From Macrostomum lignano (taxonomy: Eukaryota): 64,000 nucleotides of DNA. The notes under the pieces were generated by a model. The model was not told the DNA's origin. It saw only the letters and a list, made by a program, of their open reading frames with translations, and did not search any database. Both the position numbers and the translations under genes were made by a program. Positions 47,512 to 59,906 of the stretch are shown one piece after another (position 1 is the stretch's first letter; every line of letters begins with the position of its first letter). The stretch is taken from the NCBI GenBank assembly GCA_002269645.1, contig NIVC01001380.1, positions 186,001 to 250,000 on the forward strand. Reading direction: 5' to 3'.

Positions 47512-48478
47512 GAGCGATTCTCAAAGGAGTGACAGGGCGATTTTCAAAGGAGTGAGGGCGATTCTCAAAGGAGTGACAGGGCGATTCTCAAAGGAGTGGC
47601 GGGGCGATTCTCAAAGGAGTGACAGGGCGATTCTTCAAGGAGTGACAGGGCGATTCTCAAAGGAGTGACAGGGCGATTCTCAAAGGAGTGGCGGGGCGAT
47701 TCTCAAAGGAGTGACGGGGCGATTCTCAAAGGAGTGACGGGGCGATTCTCAAAGGAGTGACAGGGCGATTCTCAAAGGAGTGGCGGGGCGATTCTCAAAG
47801 GAGTGACGGGGCGATTCTCAAAGGAGTGACAGGGCGATTCTCAAAGGAGTGGCGGGGCGATTCTCAAAGGAGTGACGGGGCGATTCTCAAAGGAGTGGCG
47901 GGGCGATTCTCAAAGGAGTGACAGGGCGATTCTCAAAGGAGTGACAGGGCGATTCTCAAAGGAGTGACAGGGCGATTCTCAAAGGAGTGACAGGGCGATT
48001 CTCAAAGGAGTGACAGGGCGAAGGAGTGGCGGGGCGATTCTCAAAGGAGTGACAGGGCGATTCTCAAAGGAGTGACAGGGCGATTCTCAAAGGAGTGACA
48101 GGGCGATTCTCAAAGGAGTGACAGGGCGATTCTCAAAGGAGTGACAGGGTGATTCTCAAAGGAGTGACAGGGCGATTCTCAAAGGAGTGGCGGGGCGATT
48201 CTCAAAGGAGTAGCGGGGCGATTCTCAAAGGAGTGACAGGGCGATTCTCAAAGGAGTGAGGGCGATTCTCAAAGGATCAGGGCGATTCTCAAAGGAGTGA
48301 CGGGGCGATTCTCAAAGGAGTGACGGGTCGATTCTCAAAGGAGTGACAGGGCTATTCTACAAGGAGTGACAGGGCGATTCTCAAAGGAGTGACGGGGCGA
48401 TTCTCAAAGGAGTGACAGGGCTATTCTACAAGGAGTGACAGGGCGATTCTCAAAGGAGTGGCGGGGCGATTCTTAAGA
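47512..48478. repeat. 23-bp minisatellite (GGCGATTCTCAAAGGAGTGACAG)
   Basis: Fills a DLAT intron. Confidence 0.95.
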
Positions 48479-48886
48479 GTAACTCATCATGCACGATGAT
48501 GAGAAGCGGGTTGGGAATAAATATTGGAACACAAGCACACAATTAACAAAAAACTGTTGACTCAAAACTACTAAAGAACACACAGGAGGGTAGCACTAAA
48601 TACTGATTAAGACATTATTTAAAAACCGTTCCTTTTATGCCATTTTTACGTGCAAGCATTGCAAAATTAATCGAATTGGTTAAATAGGTTTAAAATTCAA
48701 TTCAAAAGTGCAAGACGTTAGAAAAACACAGATTAGATAGACGTTAATGATTCAGGTTCTAGTCGAGAGATGTTTGTCAGCTTGCTAATAGATTGCTGAC
48801 TTTTTACACTTAATATCCATCGCTTGCTACTCATAAGTAGGCTAATAGCACAGCATAACACAAAATCTTTTATCGTATAAACCCAC

Positions 48887-49267
48887 TACTTTTAGCAGCA
48901 CCAGCGGCAGGAGAAGGAGATGACTGTTGCTGCTGCTGCTGCTGCTGAGAGTCAGCCGGAGCCTTCGCAGCGCCCCCAGCAGGGGGAGTGTAGTTCTCAA
49001 ACGCGGCCACCTCATCTTTGCTGGCAACCACAACACACAGAGGCGAGCCAAGTGGCAGGCCTTTAGTACCGGCTGGGACAATAATTTTAGCTAGAAATCC
49101 CGGCTCGGTCGCTTCAAATCCCATTGTGGCTTTGTCTGTTTCAACTTCGCACAGGACGTCGCCTTCGGCAATTTCGTCGCCAACAGATTTGTCCCAGGAG
49201 ACAATGGAGCCGGACTCCATTGTTGGGGACAGGGCTGGCAGGGCTACGAGCTGGTGCGGTGGCAGGT
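48887..49267 (-). CDS. DLAT: DLAT exon, lipoyl domain 1
   Basis: CTTTTAG|AC acceptor; LPPHQLVALPALSPTMESG..EVETDKATMGFE; phase-1 donor A|GTGGGT (alternative at 48890). Confidence 0.93.
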
Positions 49268-50127
49268 CTAAAAGCAAATATGACAATTTAATTAACGCCT
49301 GGAACGTATGCAAACGAACTGCGACAATTGAGTCGAACAATAAAGCTTAGCCCAGTAATTAAGATGATTATAAATTTGCAAATTGTCTCTATTTATTATT
49401 TAGTATTGTTAGGAACAGCCACAGATACTAGAATAACTAGAATGGCCACTTAACACATTTGCGTGCAAGCTACTTTCAGTTCAGTAGTAAGTAGAACAGA
49501 AGGATTTTAATGTACTTTTTGGCTAATTTATTGGCTCTTACTCAGCTTAAACCCTCCAACCGCGCCATTCCACACTACCCCCCCCCAGCTTCCGCCCCAA
49601 TTTTTATTGCCTTTCTCGGAATTCCACAGCCTAAATCTGCCATGTACATTTTAGTTGAATGGCTAATGTACATTGTTGCTGAACCAATTAGCAAGTCGCC
49701 TGCAAGCTTGGGGCGTTGGGCTTCTAAAGTCATTTCAGCTGCCTTTATTTTTATAAAATAGCTTATGTATTCTTCTTTGCTACTGAACTGAAAGTAGAAA
49801 GCAGTTTTGCTAAGTATATGTGCCTGAGTGGCCCATCTAGTCATTCTAGGATCTGTGAGAAAACCTATAAAATGACTGCAAATGTGCAAAGTCCCCGGTG
49901 AAAACGGTTAGTTAGACCAAGAAGTGTCCCAGAGTATTTGCAGATAACAGGTAAAATAGGAAAGAAGTGACTCTAGATGCATCTAGAACAAGATGTCACA
50001 GTACAAGTTGCCAAAAATTCTGAGGCATGCCAGAGTCGCTGTAGAATCACTCTGAGTTGCGTCTAAAGTACATCTGCATCACTTTATGAATTTTTGAATC
50101 ACATTTTGCATTTATAACTTATTCTGA

Positions 50128-50515
50128 GGGAGTTCAGGGCGATTTTGAGGGAGCTCAGGGCGATTCTGAGGGAGCTCAGGGCGATTCTGAGGGAGTTCAG
50201 GGTGATTCTGAGGGAGTTCAGGGTGATTCTGAGGGAGTTCAGGGTGATTCTGAGGTATTTCAGGGCGATTCTGAGGGAGCTCAGGGCGATTCTGAGGGAG
50301 CTCAGGGTGATTCTGAGGGACTTCAGGGTGATTCTGGGGTATTTCAGGGCGATTCTGAGGGAGTTCAGGGTGATTCTGGGGTATTTCAGGGCGATTCTGA
50401 GGGAGTTCAGGGCGATTCTGAGGGTGATCAGGGCGATTCTGAGGGAGCTCAGGGCGATTCTGAGGGAGCTCAGGGCGATTCTGTGGGAGCTCAGGGCGAT
50501 TCTGAGGGAGTTCAA
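50128..50515. repeat. 21-bp minisatellite (TCAGGGCGATTCTGAGGGAGC)
   Basis: DLAT intron; shares the GGCGATTCT core with the 23-bp family. Confidence 0.93.
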
Positions 50516-51098
50516 GGCACTCTATTTAGTCTACTTGAGTTAGTAGAAAGTTAAGCGCCAACACATCTCTTGGACGAATTTTTTCCCCGACTCAACAGTC
50601 GCCTCTCTGTAGCAATACAGTCATTTGAGTCGTTAGAAAGTCACAAGAGTTGCATCAGAGTTGCTAGACTGACTTTCTAGTGAGTTGTTTGCTATGACTC
50701 CTTAGCATTTCTTGTCATAGTAACATTTTCAACAATCAACAGTGTCAGTTAGTTACTGAAGGTGCCTTGGGCCATCAACACAAATTGAAGCAACAGTTGA
50801 CTCATAGCCAGTGAGGAGCCAAATAGTCATACCCATTCTGCTACCTCCTGAGCACTGAGCACATACAATGACACCAAAACTGTACGCAGGCTTACACTAA
50901 TACACACACTCACAAGATGTACAGAAGCCTTGATTTTCTAATTTTTAGGCACTTACACTCTCAGAGCATTATTGGTTTACTTTATTTGAAAACTATTGAA
51001 TTTTTTTTGATAAAAAAACAAAAAGTGCTTATATACTAAATCAATGAAAATTGCTATTATTACAAGTAAATTATGTTTAGTTAGTTGATATTTAATAC

Positions 51099-51229
51099 CT
51101 GAATAATGCCTGACAGGCTGTCTAAATAGCACTGCAGATTTTGTATGATATGGCAGAGCTGGTATCCTTGATTGTCCAATAAGGGATGTAGCCAAATGTT
51201 GTGGCCATTTTTGCTGACTTGCAATAGGC
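51099..51229 (-). CDS. DLAT: DLAT exon, mitochondrial presequence (..LFRQPVRHYS)
   Basis: CATTTTAG|G acceptor; the phase-1 donor G|GTATTA joins to give RHYSDLPPHQ, a typical presequence/lipoyl junction. Confidence 0.8.
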
Positions 51230-51877
51230 CTAAAATGGTTTTGGTTATCATTTGTCTTTTTACAATCACAAATAATCATAAATCAAAGAACAAAACAAAG
51301 TAAAACCTATCATTATGTTAGAACTAGCATATTTATATTTATATATGAAGAAAAGTATGAAGTGGGGCTTACTTCTGTCCTTATAAATAATTCCACCGCT
51401 TAGCCACCAGGCTGTGCTAGGGCTATTAGCTCTGTCTTTCTAGAATCCTAACTGTTGGCCTTTGCCTAGTCACTTTTCTTATGAGCTGCCACCAAAATTG
51501 TACTGATGCTTAACTTCTATCTACCTAATTTTCTTATTGATATACTTTTGCATAAAACCTGTACTCTTATTATTTGTAGCATATCTACTTCTTTATCTAT
51601 TTCTACTGGTAGCATCTATTTATCTAATGGTAGCAATTGTATATATACCGTACTTTTAGCCTGAGTGGTCTAATGGAACTGTATAACCTTACTATCTCTC
51701 AGTCCTAGGCGTTCCCTAGATCAGAGAGTCACAGCCTTAGCAATTTCCTTGCCCTGAGGCGATTTCTCCTGCCCTAAGGTGACTATACAATTTGTAAGAT
51801 TACTATCCTAAGGCAATCTCTTTTTGCCCTGAGGCACTTTCTCACTGATTAGTAGGCTTTTCAACACTACTCCCAAT

Positions 51878-52176
51878 CATACATGCGCAACAGTCGGCCG
51901 AGTCGGCCGATCCGGCCGACCGATTTGGCGGCCAACCAAGGAAGTCGCAAAAATGCCCACCCGAAAAAACACCCAAGTAGTAGTACTAAGTAGCTGACGA
52001 GGCATTTTGGCTTAATAAGACAGTCATAGTTACTCCTGCCGTTTACCCAAAATTGCGTTAATTTTGCTTTAGGGTTTTTTTTACATGTAAGTCGCAATTT
52101 TGGCCAAAAACTACGTCGCATTTTTGTTAAAACTAAGTCGCACGGCCGACCAAATTTTGGAGGTTTCGCATGTATG
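51878..52176. mobile_element. hAT-type MITE (299 bp)
   Basis: 14-bp TIR CATACATGCG(C/A)AAC with one mismatch; 8-bp TSD CTCCCAAT at 51870-51877 and 52177-52184; internal GGCCGA subterminal repeats. Confidence 0.85.
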
Positions 52177-52903
52177 CTCCCAATTTGGGGCTTTACTCTA
52201 GGAAATGAATAAGTCTGAAAGTTTTGCAAATAAGATTTTTATAGAACTAGATTGGCTATTATTCTCACAATTTGTGGTGAACGAAGAAGTTCTAAGTTAA
52301 CTTCTCTTGGCCCATTCTATGCTCCTATTTATACTACTTGTACAGTATATATAAAACAAAAAGTTATTTTGCAAAATATTATTTGATTTCACAACATTAA
52401 AACAAAAAAGAATAATCTCTTTTTTGCGTAAATTCAAATATGGTAATTCCTAGGAAATGTTTCACGAACGTGTTTACTACTTATACTGGAAGGCCCTATA
52501 CTACAAACAAAGCATATTGCGTCAAGTATACATATAGAACTTTTCAACAGTGATTATAATTAAATATTTGTAAAAAGATCATGCATAGGCCTAAATCATA
52601 ACTAACTTAGTCTCAATTCTTAGTTAAAAAATCTATAAGCAAAGCTGAACTATTAATAAACTTAAATAAGATAATGATATATATTTTATAATTGTACCAA
52701 CATTACTAGACAATCTAATTTAAAGTTTGATCAATGTACAGTTGATATGGATAAAAAATCTGGAGTATTCTTGCCAGTTTTAAACCCCAATCAAACTCAA
52801 ACAAATATGATAGAGAAGTAAGCTATGAGCTTAAAAATTGGAATAGAAGGCATAAATCTAAAAACTAGCAGCCGAATTAAGTATTCGTGATATTTTTTGT
52901 TAC

Positions 52904-53034
52904 CTCTGTGATCGTCCAAAAGTCAAATCCGACTGCTTGCAACTGCTCAAGCATCTGCTTATCAAACGAAATTTATGGCAAACTTTAAGATACTCCACGC
53001 CATCCAAAGAAACAAGCTTAGTTATATGCGACAT
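52904..53034 (-). CDS. DLAT: Probable first coding exon of DLAT (MSHITK..RLISRCLSS..GRSQ)
   Basis: ATG at 53034; phase-2 donor AG|GTAACA is compatible with the acceptor at 51229; no homology support. Confidence 0.45.
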
Positions 53035-53849
53035 AATGAATGCAATGAAAGTTTGCTTTCCGAGTAGAAACCTTTCTGGCTGTCCCGCCCGCACAAAGTG
53101 ACACTCTGCTCAAAACAGGACAATGTACAGTTTAGTTTAAAATGTGTTCTAATAAAAAGAACCCTGTTTTTCATAAATCGTATTTTGCGGTGTTGCGTCA
53201 TGTAGTAAAACAGAATTACTGCTACTTTCTTAATGGTAAAATTCTTGAATGTAAAAGCAGAAAAACATTTGCGCTTGTTTATTGCTATGTTTAATTTAGC
53301 AATTTAGCAATTTAGCAAACGATTTAATTTACTTTTAATCGTTAGATTCGTGCTTAAAAGTGTCACTATAAGATTCCTGAATGACTTCGATGTATTAATT
53401 AGCATCACATCAAAGAACGACTTGGGCTGGGGAAATAAGTAATAACCGACAGATATGTTAAATAAAATTGCACCAAAAAAAAAATTCAGACTGCAAGGCT
53501 ACGTTCTTTAAGGTCATAAACAAGCTAAATAAGATTCCATAGAACAAGATAAGAGATCGTGATAGGAATCCCCACGCCAAGCCTGACGGATCGAGAGAAC
53601 AAGAGAACGGAGGTGTGGCAGGTTACAAGGGTGAGTCGTCAGACGAGCACAACGTCAGCGGTCCAGGAACCACCATGAAGGGGAACAAAGGTTCTGAATG
53701 ACAAAATAGAGATGGTCTACTAGCGGCCAGCATGCAGCAGGCCGTAAGAAATATGCATGTATGCTGGATGTTGTAAAGTAGCTCGGCGTCATGAAACTAC
53801 AATTCATAAATTAATAATTATGTGATGCGAATTGTCTACTTTACACTAG

Positions 53850-56800
53850 GCCTGCTCCACGGACGTGGGCCTCAGTGTAAAGTGTGTTAACCCCCCCCCC
53901 GCCATTCCTCTCCCCCGGCCCTTCGCCCTCCTCTCCTCCGTCTCAACCCTCCGCCGCGTGCCGGGGGTTTTAAACCCATGCAGTATTTTCAGACTGCAGG
54001 CCTTTGTGCAACTGCTCGATCTGATTTTTTTATTTGTCAGCAACTATGGAAAGTGCACGCGCACTGCAACAGCCAGAGCAGAGCCAATAGACAAGCGTGG
54101 TCTCCCAAAAACAGGCTGCAAACATTGCCAACAACAGCTCTACGAACGGCTATGCCATCACTAATTGCAGTCTGAAGCTCCCGCAGCCGACTCTGACAGC
54201 TCCGGTGCGACTGTTGATGCAGGAATCATCGAAGACAAGTCAACAGGTGGGCACGAGCCGACGTCAGAGGGTGCAGCTGGCGACCTGGCGGAAATCAAGG
54301 CGCTGACACGGTGCCTGCAGCGCGAGCTCGAGGGGAATCAGACTGCTGACTCCCTACTTCAATTGGTGAGCCCTCAGCTTTTCCTACTGTGTGCATGAGG
54401 CCTTTTTTATCTTGTTCAGGTGTAGAGAGCGGTCAGTCAGCCAGAAAGCGCAGCCGCGGGCCTACCTGATGCGCGACTTTGTCAAGTCCAACGCCAATCA
54501 GTCAAGCGATAGAGTGTGACTGCCTGGGAGAACGGCAACGTTGGTATTCAAGAAGCAGCCGCCAAGCCTAAGCAAGATCTCCACCGGCCAATGGATCCCT
54601 AGCAATGCTCAAATCCTACAGACAGCGCCTGCAGATTGACGACGGAGCTCGCTCATCTACGTGAGGGTGCGAGCAACCGCAGCTGTCCCATCGCCACCTG
54701 AAGGCTCCACGCAATCTTGAAGGTCACTTTGAACCGACCCGGTATCTCCTAGCCGCAGGCGTCCGTTTGCCTGAGCTTCAACTCACCAGGGGGCTGTCAA
54801 CGGTCTAGCTGCTGGTACCGGGACGTCTGCAAGCTGCCGGCTGCAGCAAGCCGCATCCCGCCCAACTGCATAGCTTGAGCAGCAATACGGCTGATGGGTC
54901 AAAAAACTAGATTAGCCACCCTTATTTCTATCTCCCACCCGCCCTTATTCCATTGTTTGAATCCCCTCGCCCCTGCCCGGTACCCCGACCCGCCTGGCGC
55001 CGCATAGGGTGCTGACGTCTTCCAACATGAACATGCCTTCTTGGAATCTTCTGCTCCACAACGACCCAGACGAGATATTCCAGCTCCGAAAGGCCTTCAT
55101 AACGGCTCAACAAGCCTCCGCCTGCCTTCACGCACTCTACAAACTACCGTTCCGCTACTGACCATGCCGAGCAGGTTGACAAGTAACTTTCTGAAGAGCT
55201 CCGCCTTGGCCGCTTTCAACCCACTAGCGGACGCGTCATAGTGAATGCTATCGGCGCGATCCCTAAGTCTGACGGCAGCGTTTGGCTCATTCACGATCTC
55301 TCCAGTCCTTCCGGCTCTTCGGTCAACGTCTGAGATTCTCCTCCGTGCAGGATCCGCTGCGTCACATCCGGCCCTGTCTGCTTGCAGCAGGCCTACCGCT
55401 CTTTCGGCATCCACCCGAACGATCAGACGCTGACGGACTTCAGCTGACACTGAATCCTCCGTGATCACCGGCTGCCCTTTAGTGCCCGGGCCTCTCGCGA
55501 GATCTTTCACCGTCTCTCAGCCGCCATTCATCGTCACATAATTAGGCAAGGCTTCGAAGCTACTGTCAACTACCTGGATGACTGGGCAGTTGCCGGCGAC
55601 TCACGGGAAGCCGCTGAATGCGCTTACGACTAGCTGGTGCACCTCCTGCAAGTCCTGGGCTTCACAATCAACTGGAGCGAGTCCATGGCCCCAACTTAGC
55701 GGCTGGTCTCCTTGGTGTTCAAATTGAAAAAAATTGACGGAACGCTGTCGCTACCCATGAACAAGGCCGCCAGCACCAGGGATTTGCTCAAGGACTGCCT
55801 CTCCCGCAACGTCTTCAAGCTCAAGCAGCTGGAGAGACTGACCGGGAAGCTGTGCTGGTTGGGCCAGGTCAACAAGCTGCTGCGTCCGTTCCTTCGCCCG
55901 CTTTTGACCTCATCAGCGACGGTCGAGATCTCCGGCTGTCTCAAGGAGCTCGTGATCTGTTGCAACGGTGGCTGCAGGCAGTGGACTCGCTCCGACCTAC
56001 GCCGCTGCGCCCGCGCTTTCATCAATTGGTAGCCATCGAGTCTCACAGAAATCCGAAGGCGCCACTTGTATTGTAAGCGGCACCCGCTTCAGTGACTGGG
56101 TGTACGACTTCGAGTCAGAGTTCAAAGACCTTCACATCTGCGCCTCCTACTCAAATCAGCCTCAGCAAAATGTCCTTCATCCACAGAGCACCGGACCCTA
56201 TCAAGGACAACGCCCGACTGGCTCACGTCTGCCTCGGAGCCCGACGCCTACTAAGCAGACAGCCACGCAGGGCAGAGCCGCTGCAGCCGCGTCATCTCCG
56301 CCTGCTCTGCAAAAGCTCTCTGCTTCAGCAATTGCCCCCCCCCACCCGGCGCCTCTTCGTGGCTTTAAAGCTGCTCTGCTGATCGCCTGGTGGGGCGTCC
56401 TTCGTCTGGGCGAACTGCTTCCATCTACCGCTGGGGATGCTCGACCTGCCCCGGCGGCCTTTGCCTGACCATTTGCAAGTCCAAGACCAACCAGTTCAAA
56501 AAGGAGCATCAGCTGCTGGTCTTCCTTCCGCAATGCTCCGACTTCCCACAGATCTGCGTGAGGGCCAGGTTGTCGAGCCACAGCAGTCTCTCTTCTCTGC
56601 AGAGTCCCGTTGGCTGCCTCGACCTTCATCCTGTTGTGATTCGAAGTATTGGCCCGTACTGTACGCTAGCTCTCTACCTCGCGCTTTCCGTCTACCGCTG
56701 CCCTTTTCGCTTCGTTTCTCTTCTGCCTAGAGCACCAGCGTGAAGAATCACTGCCGTAAGTGTCGTCCTGCCTTCTTACTTTGGTGTTCAGTGCAATTAG

Positions 56801-57340
56801 GACATTGTCCCCAGGGCCTGTTCCTTTGCTGCGACCCTGGTTGCCGGCCTACTGCCTGCGCGTTAGTGCGACAGCGGGTTGGCAAGCAGCAGGTGCTGAG
56901 TTTCCCTGCTCGTACAGAGCGGGGGACAAAGCCGGCTGGTCCGTTTTAGGACACAATAATCCAAGGGGGACACTTCTCAGGCTACAGTCCTTTTATTCCG
57001 ATAACTAGTTTAAGCGCTGATTCACCATTCTGTGTATATTCTGTGGTCTGGGCAGTGGAGGAGCCAGCGCCGCCTTCCGTGGTAGCCTCTTCCTGGCCGA
57101 CATCTGCTGCCTTAGAGACTGGCGCTCCGACTCCGTCTTCCGCTATTTCTCGGACGATGCAGCTTTTGCCCACAGGCGCTCTGCCGTCCAGCGGATCGCT
57201 GCTACCACTGACTAACCTTAATTCCTTCCCCCGCTTTTTATTTTTGAGGTTGCGGTCGCCCTCCCCACCTTGTTGCTGCTTCGTGCTCGCTGCCATCTCA
57301 CCGCTTTTGCCTTCTTTCGCTGCTGGTAGGCTTGCGGGTT
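53850..57340 (+). mobile_element. Decayed tyrosine-recombinase retrotransposon (Ngaro/DIRS-like); ends approximate
   Basis: RT remnants NAIGAIPKSDGSVWLIHDLSSPSGSSVN (~55240-55330), AYRSFGIHPND, DHRLPF, NYLDDW (~55570), VLGFTINW; YR remnants FKAALLIAWWGVLRLGELL and KSKTNQFK (56360-56500); many stops and frameshifts. Confidence 0.85.
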
Positions 57341-58073
57341 AATAGTGATTATATGAAAAATTGCAGATAACGTTGACATACGTTTAACCGGTCGATCACT
57401 TCTTTTTACGCTGCTGACTGAGGTCTGAGGTCACCCAAAGCCACTCAAAAGGCCGACGTTCGCCAGCATATCCGACGTACGTCGCTGTACGTCGCTGTAC
57501 GTTGCTGGACGTCGCTGCATGGCAAACGGGTATTTTTCCATTACACCAACGAATCACGACGTCATACGTCTACGCCTGTTTAAAAGTTGTAAAACTCTTT
57601 CAGGACGTTAGTTTGTTGCGACTGCGGGGCTCTCTCCGAAAGGAGTATTGTATTATTAAATTAGAATGGAATCATAATTTCTAATTAACTTGCCCACAGA
57701 AGGAAACAAAGAAGACTTAATTAATCGAACGGAACAAGCCTTGCAGATTTATTGACCCGATGCTAAAATCCTACTCAATAGACTGTTTGCCTACGCTGTT
57801 TACCTATGATTTGGCGATCTCCAAATATGGAAGAATTAGATTTAGCTCGCTGGCAGGACGAGAGAGCAAGCAAATACACAGAAAAAATCCCTTCCGACTT
57901 GGATTAGATGGATCTGAGACTATTCTGTATACTCGAGTGATCTAGAGGTCCCAATACTATCTCGAGAGCCGTGCTTTGATTGGGCAAACATGAATAACCC
58001 GAAGACTATATAGCTATATATTCTTTATCATTCGAGCTAATGGTCATTCCCTTTCTTTGAGCAAGCATTCAAT

Positions 58074-59906
58074 ATGTTTCTGATCCAACTCAAGAATCGA
58101 GGCCAGGTTCTGTCGGCAGTCTCAATTGTACTGGTGCACTGCATCTGTTTCTATGGCAACGGAACTAGCGCTGAACCTGAACACTATCAATATCTTCGGG
58201 ACAGGACTATCTGCACGAACGTAGTGTCCAATCGAGGTGTAAGTGGCGGCAGCACCTCTGGTGTTCTCGCTGTAGCTAAATGTCCTCCAGATGCGCTCGC
58301 ATCAACTGCTGATAAATGCCACCAGAGTAACTCGGAGAAGTACATTGAACCCGATAAAGTACCCGTGCTAGATAGGCATGGTCAACTTTATTTAAACCAA
58401 TACTGCCTAATCTGCAATAACCCAGCCGAACACACACCAGTGCATGTCCCTCTCAACTTTGTAAATATTTCCTGCACCAGAAATGTAACCAGCTCTGAGA
58501 GGGAACGAATGCGGTTGCATCGTCAGGGTGGTCCGATTGTTCTGCCAGACGATTGTCGAGGCACTTTCTATGGTAGCGCGGATATCCAACTGGACGACTG
58601 TTGCCTCATCAGCAATTCATCGCCCTGCCTATCAAAGGCGAGCACCGCGTGGGCTAATTCCGTTGATATTGTATTTAACTTTCGAGTTGACTTTTTCAAC
58701 CTCTCTGGTAGATCGAAACTTACCGACCGGGATGATATCAAAGATTCTGATGGTAACTCTACAATATCGGTGGCGTCTACAGCGGAATCTTACTGCAAAA
58801 CTTTTGCGCGAACTGTTCTGCTGATAATTTCGATGCTCAGCCTCTTGTGCCTCATCGCAGTGTACTGCTGCTGCTGCTTGCCAGGACTCCGAAACCGACC
58901 CGCGTACCTGCTGGTTTCGCACAGCTTCGCACTTCTGCTTGTCTATGCCATCGACTTGATTGACCTAATGGGACTTCCGAGCTTCTCTCGACAGCATCAG
59001 CTGTGGCTGTACTCTGTAACCGTGTTCGCGGCTGATGCAGCATTCTGCTGGGCTCTGCTCTTTGGTTGCGATCTGCTAAGAGCGCTCAGCGGTCTAGGCG
59101 TCAACAACACCGGTGGGGGTAACGTCCGTCAAGCGTCCGATAGGCGATCCAAAATCTCTGCTGCCATCCGTTTTTCCCTTATCGGTTGGGGCATTCCGCT
59201 TCTGTTTAGTGCCGCTCCGATTGTTACGCAGCACATGATATTGAACCAGCAGCAGCAACGGCAGCAACAACTTGGCAATTCTACCGAAGAAGGATTCACG
59301 AACTGGCGTCTACTACAGCTCGGAATCGTATTCGGGCCGTGGGCTGCAACGTTAGCACTGAATTGCGTCGCTCTAGCCGCTATTTGGCGTCGAATTTTTC
59401 TGGCCGCTCAAAATGCTCGTCAACGACCAGGCTGCGTAGGAGGAGGTGTTGGAAGCGGAGGTCACACAACTCGAGGGTTTTCCAAAGCTAAGCAACTAGC
59501 TGCGACAGCTTTGAAAGTGTCGGCGCTGTTAGGCGTCTGTTGGCTGCCGTTTTGTCTGGCCATCGCGCTGGGCTGGCCAAATCAGTCGATTGGCTTCTTT
59601 CTCAGCCAGCTGTGTCGCAGCTGTCAGGGCGCTCTGCTTCTGGCCGCGTTCGGCAGCAGCGCTCGAGTCCGAAGACAGCTGGCAGCCCGGCTAGCTAGCA
59701 GAAGGTCCACCACTGCTACTGGAGGCTCTTCCGGCAGCAACAGTCGGGGTCGACGCAACACCGGCGCGACAACGTGCGGCGGCAGTGGAGGCGCAACTGT
59801 GGCAGTTAGCCGACCACTTCAGCAGGACGTGGGGACCGGTAAAAGTTCAGCTCCTCTACTGCGTCGCAGCGAAGAATGTGGCGATGCTATTGGATCGGCT
59901 CATTGA
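58074..59906 (+). CDS. Intronless class-B/adhesion (Methuselah-like) 7TM GPCR with Cys-rich N-terminus, 610 aa
   Basis: N-terminal hydrophobic segment; YLNQYCLICN; seven TM segments with secretin/adhesion hallmarks FCW...CD (TM3), GWGIP (TM4), P......N (TM5), LLGVCW (TM6) and CQG (TM7). Confidence 0.88.
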   Translation: MFLIQLKNRGQVLSAVSIVLVHCICFYGNGTSAEPEHYQYLRDRTICTNVVSNRGVSGGSTSGVLAVAKCPPDALASTADKCHQSNSEKYIEPDKVPVLDRHGQLYLNQYCLICNNPAEHTPVHVPLNFVNISCTRNVTSSERERMRLHRQGGPIVLPDDCRGTFYGSADIQLDDCCLISNSSPCLSKASTAWANSVDIVFNFRVDFFNLSGRSKLTDRDDIKDSDGNSTISVASTAESYCKTFARTVLLIISMLSLLCLIAVYCCCCLPGLRNRPAYLLVSHSFALLLVYAIDLIDLMGLPSFSRQHQLWLYSVTVFAADAAFCWALLFGCDLLRALSGLGVNNTGGGNVRQASDRRSKISAAIRFSLIGWGIPLLFSAAPIVTQHMILNQQQQRQQQLGNSTEEGFTNWRLLQLGIVFGPWAATLALNCVALAAIWRRIFLAAQNARQRPGCVGGGVGSGGHTTRGFSKAKQLAATALKVSALLGVCWLPFCLAIALGWPNQSIGFFLSQLCRSCQGALLLAAFGSSARVRRQLAARLASRRSTTATGGSSGSNSRGRRNTGATTCGGSGGATVAVSRPLQQDVGTGKSSAPLLRRSEECGDAIGSAH

